Assembly: GCA_964386425.1 (NCBI GenBank)
Contig: CAYLQO010000001.1
Location: 1 to 56,856, forward strand
Direction of reading: 5' to 3'
DNA from: an uncultured Gammaproteobacteria bacterium
GTDB lineage: Bacteria; Patescibacteriota; Patescibacteriia; UBA1558; S5-K13
DNA: 56,856 bases
The notes below the pieces were generated by a model that did not search any database, was not told where the DNA came from, and saw only the letters and a program-made list of their open reading frames with translations. The position numbers and the translations under genes were made by a program. Each line of letters opens with the position of its first letter. Positions within the stretch are counted from its first letter, which is position 1. Below are positions 46,680-55,196 of the stretch, in pieces.

Positions 46680-46826
46680 ATGTTGAGTTCCCAATCAACT
46701 AGTCCGGGGCCCTAGGACTCTTTGAGGGTACGGGGGATCATGAAAACTTGGTATGGTTATATCCAAATGAGATCAAATCAAGCATGATTCTAACAGTAGG
46801 TGGACATAGCGAAACCTACTTTTTTA
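46680..46826 (+). ncRNA. candidate small RNA (about 145 nt), unknown class
   Basis: TTGACA is at 46647-46652, with a weak -10 TATAAC at 46668-46673. Three or more hairpins are visible. The terminator is GTAGGT (46796-46801) with ACCTAC (46814-46819) plus a T-run. No ORF is present. Confidence 0.45.
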
Positions 46827-46890
46827 TTTGGAAAAAATTATAAAAAACAAATCAATATTTAACTGACTCTAAACTCCTAAAAGCTAATAG

Positions 46891-47283
46891 TTAATTGCTG
46901 TCCAATGCTTCATTAACTAATTTATCAGCCAGAGAATTCTCCTCTCTTCTAACATGGGTAAAGGTAATTTTTTTAAAACTTTGTTTCATGTTCCAAACAC
47001 GAACAAAAAGAACTGCCAAATCTTTGTCTTTTACTTTAAATTCTCTATTTAGTTGTTTTACAACTAGTTCACTATCTAGAAAGCATTCTAATTCTTTTAT
47101 ATTTAAATTTATTGCGATTTGAATTCCTTTTATAATTGCTTTGTACTCTGCTTGATTGTTTGTACAATTTCCAATGACCTGCGAAAAAGTTTCAATAATT
47201 TTCTCATTGTGAATTAAAACTCCTCCAATAGCACCTGGCCCAGGATTTCCACGAGATCCACCATCTGTAAATAATTTATACAT
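46891..47283 (-). CDS. rnhA: ribonuclease HI
   Basis: 130 aa product with LFTDGGSRGNPGPGAIGGVL, NNQAEYKA and the C-terminal NSLADKLVNEA. Confidence 0.88.
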   Translation of the reverse strand: MYKLFTDGGSRGNPGPGAIGGVLIHNEKIIETFSQVIGNCTNNQAEYKAIIKGIQIAINLNIKELECFLDSELVVKQLNREFKVKDKDLAVLFVRVWNMKQSFKKITFTHVRREENSLADKLVNEALDSN

Positions 47284-48997
47284 TTTCTTTTGAATTATTT
47301 ATATCTGAAATATATATTTCTATGTTTCTATTTCCATTCCACTCATTTATAGAAATAGTAACTACTAAATCTATTTTATCTCCAATTTTTAAATTTGAAA
47401 ACTTGTTTGCAAATCCGAAACCAACTGCTCTTTTTATGACACCATCTTGCTCTAATGTAATTCTAAGATGAGATTTATCAGAACCCATTGTAGTTACATC
47501 TTTAACAATACAATTTTTTAATAAAAATTTTGGTTCTGGATTTTCAACTCCAAATGGTTCAAATTTATCAAGAGAGTCACATAAATTCCAATCAACATCT
47601 CCTAAATTTATCTCTGATTCAACTTTTAAAGATGGGCTAAGTTCTACTCCCGTTAACTTTTTTTCTAATTCTTCTTTTATAACACCTTGAACATATTCTA
47701 AATTTTCGTCTGGAATAGAAAATCCTGCTGCTGATTTATGTCCACCAAATCTGATTAATTTTTCTTTGAACTTCAAAATTATATCCATTATATCAACTTC
47801 ATCTATCGAACGACATGAGCAAACCCAATGTTTATTATCATGCCCTAACACAAAACTAGGCCTGTAATATTCCTGAGATAATTTCCCCGCAACGAGCCCT
47901 ATAATTCCTAAATTCCATTTGTCATTTTTCACAAATATAAATTTCGTATTTTCATCCACGCAATCAATTTGGCTCTTTGCCTCAAGAACAATTTTATTCG
48001 TTAAGTCTTGTCTCTTGGAATTACTTATATTTAATTCTCTTGCAATTTTTATGGCTGTTTCTAAATTATTTGTTTTTACAAGTTCAAAAGCATTGTTTGC
48101 ATGATCCATGCGTCCTGCTGAATTAAGTCTTGGACCAATCTGAAAACCAATTGTAGTGCTATTTATTTTTTCTACATTAGTTCCTGCTATTTCATAAAGT
48201 TGTTGAAGTCCCAATCTTTGAGTTTTTCTTAGAACTATAAGTCCATATTTTACCAAAGTTCTGTTTTCTCCTATTAATGGAACCATGTCTGTGACAGTTC
48301 CAATTGCAACTAAATCAAGTAACCATTTCAAACTTTTTTCTCTTTCAATTTCATCTTTGCTAAATAATTCACTTCTGATAATTCCTGATGCGAATTTGTA
48401 GGTAACGCCAACTCCTGCTAAATTTTTTGTGGGGTAATTTTCTCGTGCGAGTCCCGGGTGAATTATGGCATAAGCATTTGGTAATTTTTCTGGTTCTTTG
48501 TGATGATCAGTTATTATTACATCAACTCCATTGGCATTAAAAAGTTCAACTTCTTGAAAATTACTAATTCCGCAATCACAGGTTACAATAAGAGTAAATT
48601 TCCTATCAATAATTTCTTTTACTGCGGTTTCATTTAGTCCGTAACCTTCTGTTTCTCGCTGTGGAATATAAACTTCTGGATGAAGTCCAATTTGAGTAAA
48701 AATATCAAATAAAAGTGTTGAGCTCGTCACTCCATCAGCATCATAATCACCATAAATTAGAACTTCTTCATTATTACCTACTGCTTGAAATATTCTTTCA
48801 ACTGCTTTCTTCATATCAATTAAAACATACGGATCACAAATATCTGAAATAAAATCAGAATTAAAAAACTCATCAATTTGTTCCTGTGTTGTAACTCCTC
48901 TATTATAAAGCAATTGCAAAATCAAGGGACTCATGTCCGGAAATTGTTTTGCGAAATTATCAGGAATTTTCTCTGCTAATTTCCACTTTTTACTCAT
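47276..48997 (-). CDS. recJ: single-stranded-DNA-specific exonuclease RecJ
   Basis: It has the DHH motifs (IYGDYDADGVTS, DCGISN, ITDHH) and DHHA1 (GGHKSAAG). I place the start at MSKKWKL (48997). The 25-codon track extension to 49072 runs through a terminator hairpin. Confidence 0.85.
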   Translation of the reverse strand: MSKKWKLAEKIPDNFAKQFPDMSPLILQLLYNRGVTTQEQIDEFFNSDFISDICDPYVLIDMKKAVERIFQAVGNNEEVLIYGDYDADGVTSSTLLFDIFTQIGLHPEVYIPQRETEGYGLNETAVKEIIDRKFTLIVTCDCGISNFQEVELFNANGVDVIITDHHKEPEKLPNAYAIIHPGLARENYPTKNLAGVGVTYKFASGIIRSELFSKDEIEREKSLKWLLDLVAIGTVTDMVPLIGENRTLVKYGLIVLRKTQRLGLQQLYEIAGTNVEKINSTTIGFQIGPRLNSAGRMDHANNAFELVKTNNLETAIKIARELNISNSKRQDLTNKIVLEAKSQIDCVDENTKFIFVKNDKWNLGIIGLVAGKLSQEYYRPSFVLGHDNKHWVCSCRSIDEVDIMDIILKFKEKLIRFGGHKSAAGFSIPDENLEYVQGVIKEELEKKLTGVELSPSLKVESEINLGDVDWNLCDSLDKFEPFGVENPEPKFLLKNCIVKDVTTMGSDKSHLRITLEQDGVIKRAVGFGFANKFSNLKIGDKIDLVVTISINEWNGNRNIEIYISDINNSKENV

Positions 48998-49045
48998 ATA
49001 TTTTCTTTTAACTTTCACATAGAGATTATAAAGGAAATATTGGAA

Positions 49046-49076
49046 AAACACAAAAAGTGAGCAACAACTCACTTTT
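49046..49076 (-). terminator. intrinsic terminator after the ferredoxin gene
   Basis: The minus strand reads AAAAGTGAGTTGTTGCTCACTTTTTGTGTTTTT. Confidence 0.65.
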
Positions 49077-49105
49077 ATTATTTTCTAAAAGCTAATGTCT
49101 TACCA

Positions 49106-49327
49106 CTAAGAGCCTATTTTTATTGCTCCATCAGGACAAATTCTTTCACAAATTCTGCATTGAATACATTTTGAAATATCGCACTTTACTGTGTTATTTC
49201 CATAAACTCCTCTTTCTTTGTCGGAAAATTCTATACATTTTTTTGGACAAAATTCTATACAAAGCCCACAACCCTTACAATATTTTGGGTGATTTATAAA
49301 TGATTTGTCTCCTTCTTTGTATTGCAT
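49106..49327 (-). CDS. 4Fe-4S dicluster ferredoxin-like protein
   Basis: 73 aa product with two CxxCxxCxxxCP motifs: CKGCGLCIEFCP and CIQCRICERICP. Confidence 0.82.
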   Translation of the reverse strand: MQYKEGDKSFINHPKYCKGCGLCIEFCPKKCIEFSDKERGVYGNNTVKCDISKCIQCRICERICPDGAIKIGS

Positions 49328-49329
49328 AA

Positions 49330-50118
49330 TTATTCTAAATTAATAATTATTATACTTCCGTCTTTTTCTAATTTTACTTTATAGGATCTCTTAAGTGGCA
49401 TAAGTTCTATTACATCACCTTCTCCATGTTTTGTTTTTATTCTTTCACCCACTTCTGGCATCCCAATAAGTAAATCTTTATAAGCATCTTCTTCATATGC
49501 TAAACAACATTTGAGTCTTCCACACATTCCAGATAATTTTTCTAGTCCACGATGAGCGACCTGTTGATCTCTTGCAAAACTAGTATTGATACTTTCTAAT
49601 GTTTTTAAAAATCTTTTACAACACAATACTTGCCCACATTCCCCTATGTCTCCGAATGATTTTGCCTCATCTCTAACTCCTATTTGATATAATCTAATTT
49701 TTTTCTTATATTTTTTTGAAATTAATTTTACAAGCTCTCTAAAATCAACTCTTCCGTCAGCAACAAATGAAAAAACCATCATTGTATTATCAAGTGAAAT
49801 ATGCAAATCAACAAGTTTCATTTCCAAATCTTGTTTTTTTATAAGACCCTTTATATCTTTTAAGATTCTGTCGTTATTTTGATTATTCTTTTTTAATTGT
49901 AATATGTCTTTTTCAGTTACATGCCTTATAATTGAACTTAAATTTTCCGTTTCCTCTGATTCTTTTATTTCAACTATCTCTACTATATCACTTACGTCCA
50001 TATGTTCTACGACAGCTCTTGTTCCAACTGAAAGATTCAGTTCATTACCACTAGAGTCCTTTGATAAGAAATAATTTATAGAGTCCCATGAGACGAATTT
50101 TGCTCCGTATATTTTCAT
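49330..50118 (-). CDS. PSP1 domain protein (RicT/YaaT-like)
   Basis: 262 aa product with RVDFRELVKLISKKYKKKIRLYQIGVRDEAK...CGQVLCCKRFL...CGRLKCCLAYE. Confidence 0.78.
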   Translation of the reverse strand: MKIYGAKFVSWDSINYFLSKDSSGNELNLSVGTRAVVEHMDVSDIVEIVEIKESEETENLSSIIRHVTEKDILQLKKNNQNNDRILKDIKGLIKKQDLEMKLVDLHISLDNTMMVFSFVADGRVDFRELVKLISKKYKKKIRLYQIGVRDEAKSFGDIGECGQVLCCKRFLKTLESINTSFARDQQVAHRGLEKLSGMCGRLKCCLAYEEDAYKDLLIGMPEVGERIKTKHGEGDVIELMPLKRSYKVKLEKDGSIIIINLE

Positions 50119-50119
50119 A

Positions 50120-50824
50120 TTATTTTTTTATAATTGTTCCAATTTTATCACTTAAAATTGCTTTTTTTAAATTACCTGGTGCTAATTTAAAAACCTTTAT
50201 TTTTATATCGTTCTTTTGTGCAATTTCATATGCTCTTATATCCATAATGCCTAATTTCATTTTTATTGCATCAGATAATTTAAGTTCATGAAATTTTTTT
50301 GCATTTTTAAACTTTTTTGGATCTTTATCATACACACCATCAACTTGAGTTGCTTTTAAAACTACTTCTGCTTTTAATTTTTTTGCTACATCAACCGCTG
50401 AAGTATCTGTTGTAAAATGCGGATTTCCTGTTCCGCCAGCAAATACTAAAACATTGTTTTTATTCCAATGATTTAAACATTTTTTAATATTAATTTTTTC
50501 TACGAAATTAGATACTGTAAAACTTGAAATTGTCTTTGACTTTACTCCATTTTTATTGAGTACTGCGCTAAGACACATTGCATTTAGTACAGTAGCTGTC
50601 ATTCCCATATAATCAGCTGGAACTTTATCGATTTCATTATGTTTTATCATACGACCTCTAAAAATATTTCCACCGCCAATCATTATTCCAATTTTTATAC
50701 CATATTTGTTTAAAACTTTTAATTCTTGTGCTAGCTTTTTAATTCTTGGAAAGTCAAAACCAAAATTACCAGCTCCGCTTAGCGCTTCACCAGATAATTT
50801 GATAATGACTTTTTTATATTTCAT
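50120..50824 (-). CDS. pyrH: UMP kinase
   Basis: 234 aa product with KYKKVIIKLSGEAL, IMIGGGNIFRG and GGTGNPHFTTDT. Confidence 0.92.
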   Translation of the reverse strand: MKYKKVIIKLSGEALSGAGNFGFDFPRIKKLAQELKVLNKYGIKIGIMIGGGNIFRGRMIKHNEIDKVPADYMGMTATVLNAMCLSAVLNKNGVKSKTISSFTVSNFVEKINIKKCLNHWNKNNVLVFAGGTGNPHFTTDTSAVDVAKKLKAEVVLKATQVDGVYDKDPKKFKNAKKFHELKLSDAIKMKLGIMDIRAYEIAQKNDIKIKVFKLAPGNLKKAILSDKIGTIIKK

Positions 50825-50882
50825 GAAGAAAGAATAATTTTTTATAATTCTATTATACAGCCCAGAAAAACAAATAACAAAT

Positions 50883-51656
50883 CTATAAACTATATCTTAC
50901 AAATTTTAGAATTTCTGCTTTATTTTCTTCTAGTAGCTTTCCAATTGTTTTGCTGTCATCTTTCACAAATAACTGATTTACTAAACAATTTTCTTTGTAA
51001 AATTTTTCTAATTTACCTTTTAATATGTTTTCTATAATATTTTCCGGTTTTCCTTCTGATTTTAATTGTTCACTATAAATTTCTTTTTCTTTTTCTATAA
51101 TATCAGCTGGGATTTCAGATGAATTTAAATATTTTGGACTCATAGCAGTTGCATGCATTGCAATATCTCTTGCTAATTCTTCACTACCACCAGACAATGA
51201 CACAACTGAAGCTATCTTATTATTTGTATGCAAATAATATCCAACAATATCTCCCTCAATAATATCAAAAAATGCTATTTTTAAATTTTCGCCAATTTTT
51301 ACAATTAATTCATTTTTAATTTTCTCGTTTGCTAGTTCTTCAAAAGAATCTTTGCCATTTTCTAAAAGTTTCTCTGCTAATTCTTTTGTAGAGTTAATAA
51401 AATCGGCATTTCTTGCAACAAAATCTGTTTCACAATTTAATCCAAAAACAGCAACCTTATTATCTTTTTTTACAACAGAAACACAACCTTCATTTGCAGT
51501 TCTTGAAGATTTTTTATCTGCTAATTGTTCCCCTTTTTTTCTAAGAAGCTCTACGGCTTTATTTAAATCACCATTTGTTTCTGTTAGTGCGTTTTGACAA
51601 TCACTCATTCCAGCACCAGTTAAATCTCTAAGTTGTTTTATTTGTGCTATTTCCAT
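50883..51656 (-). CDS. tsf: translation elongation factor Ts
   Basis: 257 aa product beginning IKQLRDLTGAGMSDCQNALTETNGDLNKAVELLRKKG. Confidence 0.9.
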   Translation of the reverse strand: MEIAQIKQLRDLTGAGMSDCQNALTETNGDLNKAVELLRKKGEQLADKKSSRTANEGCVSVVKKDNKVAVFGLNCETDFVARNADFINSTKELAEKLLENGKDSFEELANEKIKNELIVKIGENLKIAFFDIIEGDIVGYYLHTNNKIASVVSLSGGSEELARDIAMHATAMSPKYLNSSEIPADIIEKEKEIYSEQLKSEGKPENIIENILKGKLEKFYKENCLVNQLFVKDDSKTIGKLLEENKAEILKFVRYSL

Positions 51657-51743
51657 ATTTGTTTTAGTTATAGTTATAAAGTTTTTAAAGTTAAAAGTTA
51701 TAAAGAATATTTTTGCTTTATAATTTTGAACCTTCGGGTAATT
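51657..51743 (-). repeat. AAGTTATAAAG palindromic intergenic element (family B copy, weaker)
   Basis: TTATAAAG (51698-51705) pairs with CTTTATAA (51716-51723). The tandem words GTTATAAAG and GTTAAAAG are also present. Confidence 0.45.
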
Positions 51744-52424
51744 TTATTTTTTTGCTTCGTTTATTGATTCTTTCAAGGTTGAAAGTATAAGTTTTAATGT
51801 ATTTACTGAGTCATCATTTGCAGGAATTGGATAATCAACAAGTTCTGGGTTTGTATTTGTATCAGCAATTGCAATTATAGGAATATTTCTTTCTCTTGCT
51901 TCAGTTACTGCTGTTTTTTCATATTTAATGTCAACTACAAATATTGCCTGGGGCATGCCTGTCAAATCTCTAATTCCCTCTACCATGTCTTTTAATTTTG
52001 TAATTTCTCTTTCAATCATCAACTTCTCTTTTTTTGTATATTTATCATAAACTCCATTTGCCATATCTTCTTCTAATTTTTTCATTTTATGTGGGAGACG
52101 TATGATATTATCAAAATTAGTAAAAGTACCACCCAACCAACGTGATATCACATATGGCATATTTACACTTTCAGCAAATTCTTTAATAATTGCCTTTGCT
52201 TGACGCTTTGTTCCAACAAAAAGAATTTTGCCATTGTTTGCAACAACTTTTTTTATAAATTCAGATGCCTTTTCAAGAGATACTATTGTTTTTTCCAAAT
52301 CAATAATGTGCACACCGTCTTTTACACCAAAAATATATTTATCCATTTTTGGATATCTTTTTGATTTTACTTGACCGAAATGTGCTCCGCTCTTTAATAA
52401 ATCTAGTATTGATACTGTTTTCAT
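51744..52424 (-). CDS. rpsB: 30S ribosomal protein S2
   Basis: 226 aa product with LLKSGAHFGQVKSKRYPKM and FVGTKRQAK. Confidence 0.93.
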   Translation of the reverse strand: MKTVSILDLLKSGAHFGQVKSKRYPKMDKYIFGVKDGVHIIDLEKTIVSLEKASEFIKKVVANNGKILFVGTKRQAKAIIKEFAESVNMPYVISRWLGGTFTNFDNIIRLPHKMKKLEEDMANGVYDKYTKKEKLMIEREITKLKDMVEGIRDLTGMPQAIFVVDIKYEKTAVTEARERNIPIIAIADTNTNPELVDYPIPANDDSVNTLKLILSTLKESINEAKK

Positions 52425-52520
52425 ATTGTATTTATCCCGCTTATTGCGAGGTGAATTAATTTTAGATTAATAAAAATAGCATTATCATGCTTAAAGTGAT
52501 TAAATATTAGCATAATAGTC

Positions 52521-52559
52521 AAAAAAAAGCAAGAAAAAGGGCTACCCCGAAGAGTAGCC
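52521..52559 (-). terminator. intrinsic terminator
   Basis: The minus strand reads GGCTACTCTTCGGGGTAGCC followed by CTTTTTCTTGCTTTTTTTT. Confidence 0.75.
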
Positions 52560-52581
52560 ATGGAAAAAAGGAGGATTTTGG

Positions 52582-52755
52582 TCAAAAATCACTGGGATCG
52601 AGCACTGGATACTTTTGATCCAGCATACGAAGACGATTACTTAAACCCTTTGTATGGGATATGGTTTCAAGATCTTCTTCTGTGGGCTCAATTAACTCAG
52701 TGGATTTAAATTTTGACCCACTCGCTTTTTTTGATTTGTTTCTGTCCTTTTTCAT
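52582..52755 (-). CDS. small hypothetical protein (57 aa, Lys-rich N-terminus)
   Basis: The ATG at 52755 is 4 nt after GGGAGG (52765-52760). The promoter is TTGACA (52810-52805), a 17 nt spacer, then TAATAT (52787-52782). The track start at 52794 lies upstream of that -10. Confidence 0.6.
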   Translation of the reverse strand: MKKDRNKSKKASGSKFKSTELIEPTEEDLETISHTKGLSNRLRMLDQKYPVLDPSDF

Positions 52756-52907
52756 AATTCCTCCCAGAATTTGATAATAATATATTACCTCCAAAACACA
52801 TCATTGTCAAGACATTTAAATTTTTAGTAAAAACAAAAATAGCCCTTGCGTATTATATAATATTGTGCTAATATCTTATTCAGTTATAAATTAAATTTAT
52901 ATTTTTT

Positions 52908-53195
52908 ATGAAAAAAGAATTACACCCAAAATACAATGAAAAAACAAAGGTTACATGCACATGTGGCAATACTTTTTATACTGGATCTACAATGGATGCA
53001 ATAAATATTGAAATTTGTTCACAATGTCACCCTTTCTATACGGGCAAGCAAAAACTTATTGATGATTCAGGAATTATTAATAGATATGCAAAGAGAATTG
53101 CAAGTCATGGAAAAATTTCAAAAACTAAACTTGGTAAAAAAGTTAAAAAAGCAAGACAGGCTGTAAAAAAATCAGAAAAATCAACAAAAAAATAA
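52908..53195 (+). CDS. rpmE: 50S ribosomal protein L31 with a Lys-rich C-terminal extension
   Basis: The product reads MKKELHPKY...CTCGN...CSQCHPFYTGKQK, followed by about 25 extra basic residues. Confidence 0.9.
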   Translation: MKKELHPKYNEKTKVTCTCGNTFYTGSTMDAINIEICSQCHPFYTGKQKLIDDSGIINRYAKRIASHGKISKTKLGKKVKKARQAVKKSEKSTKK

Positions 53196-53210
53196 CATAA
53201 ACATATAAAA

Positions 53211-53237
53211 AACACTCTTCTTACGGGGTGTTTTTAT
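53211..53237 (+). terminator. intrinsic terminator after rpmE
   Basis: AACACTC (53211-53217) pairs with GGGGTGTT (53225-53232). TTTTATT follows. Confidence 0.65.
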
Positions 53238-53263
53238 TATTCAAATTTTGATAAACTAAATAT

Positions 53264-54319
53264 ATGATAAGTAAACAAAAAATTACAGAAATCCAAGAAA
53301 AATTTGCGACGTTGGAAAATCAAATGAATGATCCGGCTATTTTTAATGATCAAAATAAATTAAAAAATATTTCAAAAGAATACACAGAAACAAAAAAAAT
53401 TCTAGATAATATTTCTCAAATTCAATTACTGGAAAAACAAATTGCTGAATGTGATGAAATTTTAAAGTCAGATGATGCGCAAATGATTGAAATTGCAAAA
53501 TCAGAAAAACAAATATTAGAAACAAAATTCAAAAAATTGAGTCTAGAAACTGAAGAAATTATAAATCCATCATCTCCATATGATAAAAAAAATGCAATTA
53601 TGGAAATTCGTGCTGGGACGGGTGGTGATGAATCAGGACTTTTTTCTGCAGATTTATTTAGAATGTATTCAAGATATTGCGAAAGACACAGCTTGAAATT
53701 AAAAATAATGAGCGAAAGTAGAACGGAAATTGGCGGTTTTAAAGAAATAATTTTTGAAATAACTGGAGATAATGCTTTTGGACTTCTAAAATATGAAAGT
53801 GGCGTTCATCGTGTTCAACGTGTTCCTGAAACAGAAAAATCTGGTAGAATTCATACATCGGCTTCTACTGTTGCGGTACTCCCTGAAGCAGAAGATGTAG
53901 ATGTGCGTATTGAAGATAAAGATTTGAAAATTGATACATTTTGTTCAAGTGGTGCTGGTGGTCAGTCAGTAAACACAACTTATTCTGCTGTTAGAATTAC
54001 ACACCTAGCATCTGGACTTGTTGTCTCATGTCAGGATGAAAGATCACAATCACAAAATAGAGAAAAAGCAATGCAAATCCTAAAATCCCGTCTTCTTGCG
54101 ATGGAAGAAGAAAAACATCAAAAAGAAATAGCTCTAAACAGAAAATCACAAGTTGGAACAGGTGACAGATCTGAAAAAATAAGAACCTATAACTTTCCTC
54201 AAAACAGAGTCACTGATCATAGAATTAATTTAACCTCACATAATTTAGATAGGGTTCTAGATGGAGAAATAGATGAATTTATAGAAAAATTAAAAGAATT
54301 CTATAAAAATGAAAATTAA
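53264..54319 (+). CDS. prfA: peptide chain release factor 1
   Basis: 351 aa product with the GGQ motif SGAGGQSVN. The tripeptide region [16 protein letters not shown] is RF1-type PxT rather than the RF2 SPF. Confidence 0.9.
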   Translation: MISKQKITEIQEKFATLENQMNDPAIFNDQNKLKNISKEYTETKKILDNISQIQLLEKQIAECDEILKSDDAQMIEIAKSEKQILETKFKKLSLETEEIINPSSPYDKKNAIMEIRAGTGGDESGLFSADLFRMYSRYCERHSLKLKIMSESRTEIGGFKEIIFEITGDNAFGLLKYESGVHRVQRVPETEKSGRIHTSASTVAVLPEAEDVDVRIEDKDLKIDTFCSSGAGGQSVNTTYSAVRITHLASGLVVSCQDERSQSQNREKAMQILKSRLLAMEEEKHQKEIALNRKSQVGTGDRSEKIRTYNFPQNRVTDHRINLTSHNLDRVLDGEIDEFIEKLKEFYKNEN

Positions 54320-55139
54320 TGAATTGCTAAAATTTGGTTATGAAATTCTAAAAAAGAATGGAATCGATTCTTATGTTTTGGATACAGAACTTTTGCTTGG
54401 TTTTGTACTAAAAAAGAAAAAAGAATGGATTTTAGCAAATCCAGAATTTAATGTACACAAAAATGCAGAAAAAAGATTTTTTAGATTAATTGTTAAACGT
54501 ATAAAAAATTATCCGATTGCTTATATATTAGGATATAAATATTTTTATGGACTCAAATTTAAAGTAAACAAACATGTTTTGATTCCCAGACCTGAAACAG
54601 AAACCCTGATTGACGAAATAATTAAATTAAAACCTGAAAAAATAACAATTCTTGATGTGGGAACTGGCTCTGGGTGTATTGCAATTTCTCTTGGCACAAA
54701 ATTACAAAATGTAAATATAATCGCGTCAGATATATCACAGAAAGCTCTAAGAATTGCAAAAAAGAATGCTAGATTAAATAATACAAAAAATATTCAATTT
54801 ATAAAAAGTGACCTACTAACTGGTATTGAAAACAAAGATGTTGATATAATTGTCGCTAATTTGCCTTATGTAAAAAAAGATTATAAAAACGAATCAATAA
54901 AATATGAACCACGCTCAGCGCTCTACTCTTCTAAAGATGGTTTGAGTCACTATAAAAAATTATTATACCAAATAAAGGAACTAAAATTTAGTCCAAAATA
55001 TATATTTCTTGAAATAGATCCGGATCAAGTCGAAATTTTAACAAATTTTACAAAACAAATATTTTCAAAACCAATAATTGAAATTAAAAAAGATTTAAAT
55101 GGTTTTGATAGGATTTTTATAATAAAACTTATATTTTAA
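54309..55139 (+). CDS. prmC: release factor glutamine N5-methyltransferase
   Basis: 276 aa product with the SAM motif [12 protein letters not shown] and the catalytic IVANLPYV. It overlaps the prfA stop codon. Confidence 0.85.
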   Translation: MKINELLKFGYEILKKNGIDSYVLDTELLLGFVLKKKKEWILANPEFNVHKNAEKRFFRLIVKRIKNYPIAYILGYKYFYGLKFKVNKHVLIPRPETETLIDEIIKLKPEKITILDVGTGSGCIAISLGTKLQNVNIIASDISQKALRIAKKNARLNNTKNIQFIKSDLLTGIENKDVDIIVANLPYVKKDYKNESIKYEPRSALYSSKDGLSHYKKLLYQIKELKFSPKYIFLEIDPDQVEILTNFTKQIFSKPIIEIKKDLNGFDRIFIIKLIF

Positions 55140-55150
55140 TATAAAAAAAC

Positions 55151-55184
55151 AAAAAAACAGCTCAATACCATGAACTGTTTTTTA
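55151..55184. terminator. weak bidirectional terminator between convergent genes
   Basis: AAACAG (55155-55160) pairs with CTGTTT (55175-55180). It is flanked by an A-run and a T-run. Confidence 0.45.
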
Positions 55185-55196
55185 TATATAAATATA

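Noticed and set aside
45717-46694. Five track ORFs (45717-45944 minus, 45754-46014 plus, 46053-46415 minus, 46221-46526 plus, 46485-46694 minus) as protein-coding genes.
   Set aside because: They overlap one another on both strands and are Pro/Gly/Arg/Ala-rich, as expected from random translation of GC-rich DNA. They lack family motifs, and most lack a Shine-Dalgarno sequence. The region is better explained as one promoter-to-terminator RNA.
48998-49072. The N-terminal 25-codon extension of recJ given by the ORF track.
   Set aside because: The extension (MSCCSLFVFFQYFLYNLYVKVKRKY) runs through the terminator hairpin at 49046-49076. RecJ homology begins at MSKKWKL.
52795-52907. The minus-to-plus gene-orientation switch as a replication origin.
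   Set aside because: The spacer is only about 110 nt. It holds two ordinary divergent promoters and no DnaA boxes. The next gene after prmC is on the minus strand again.
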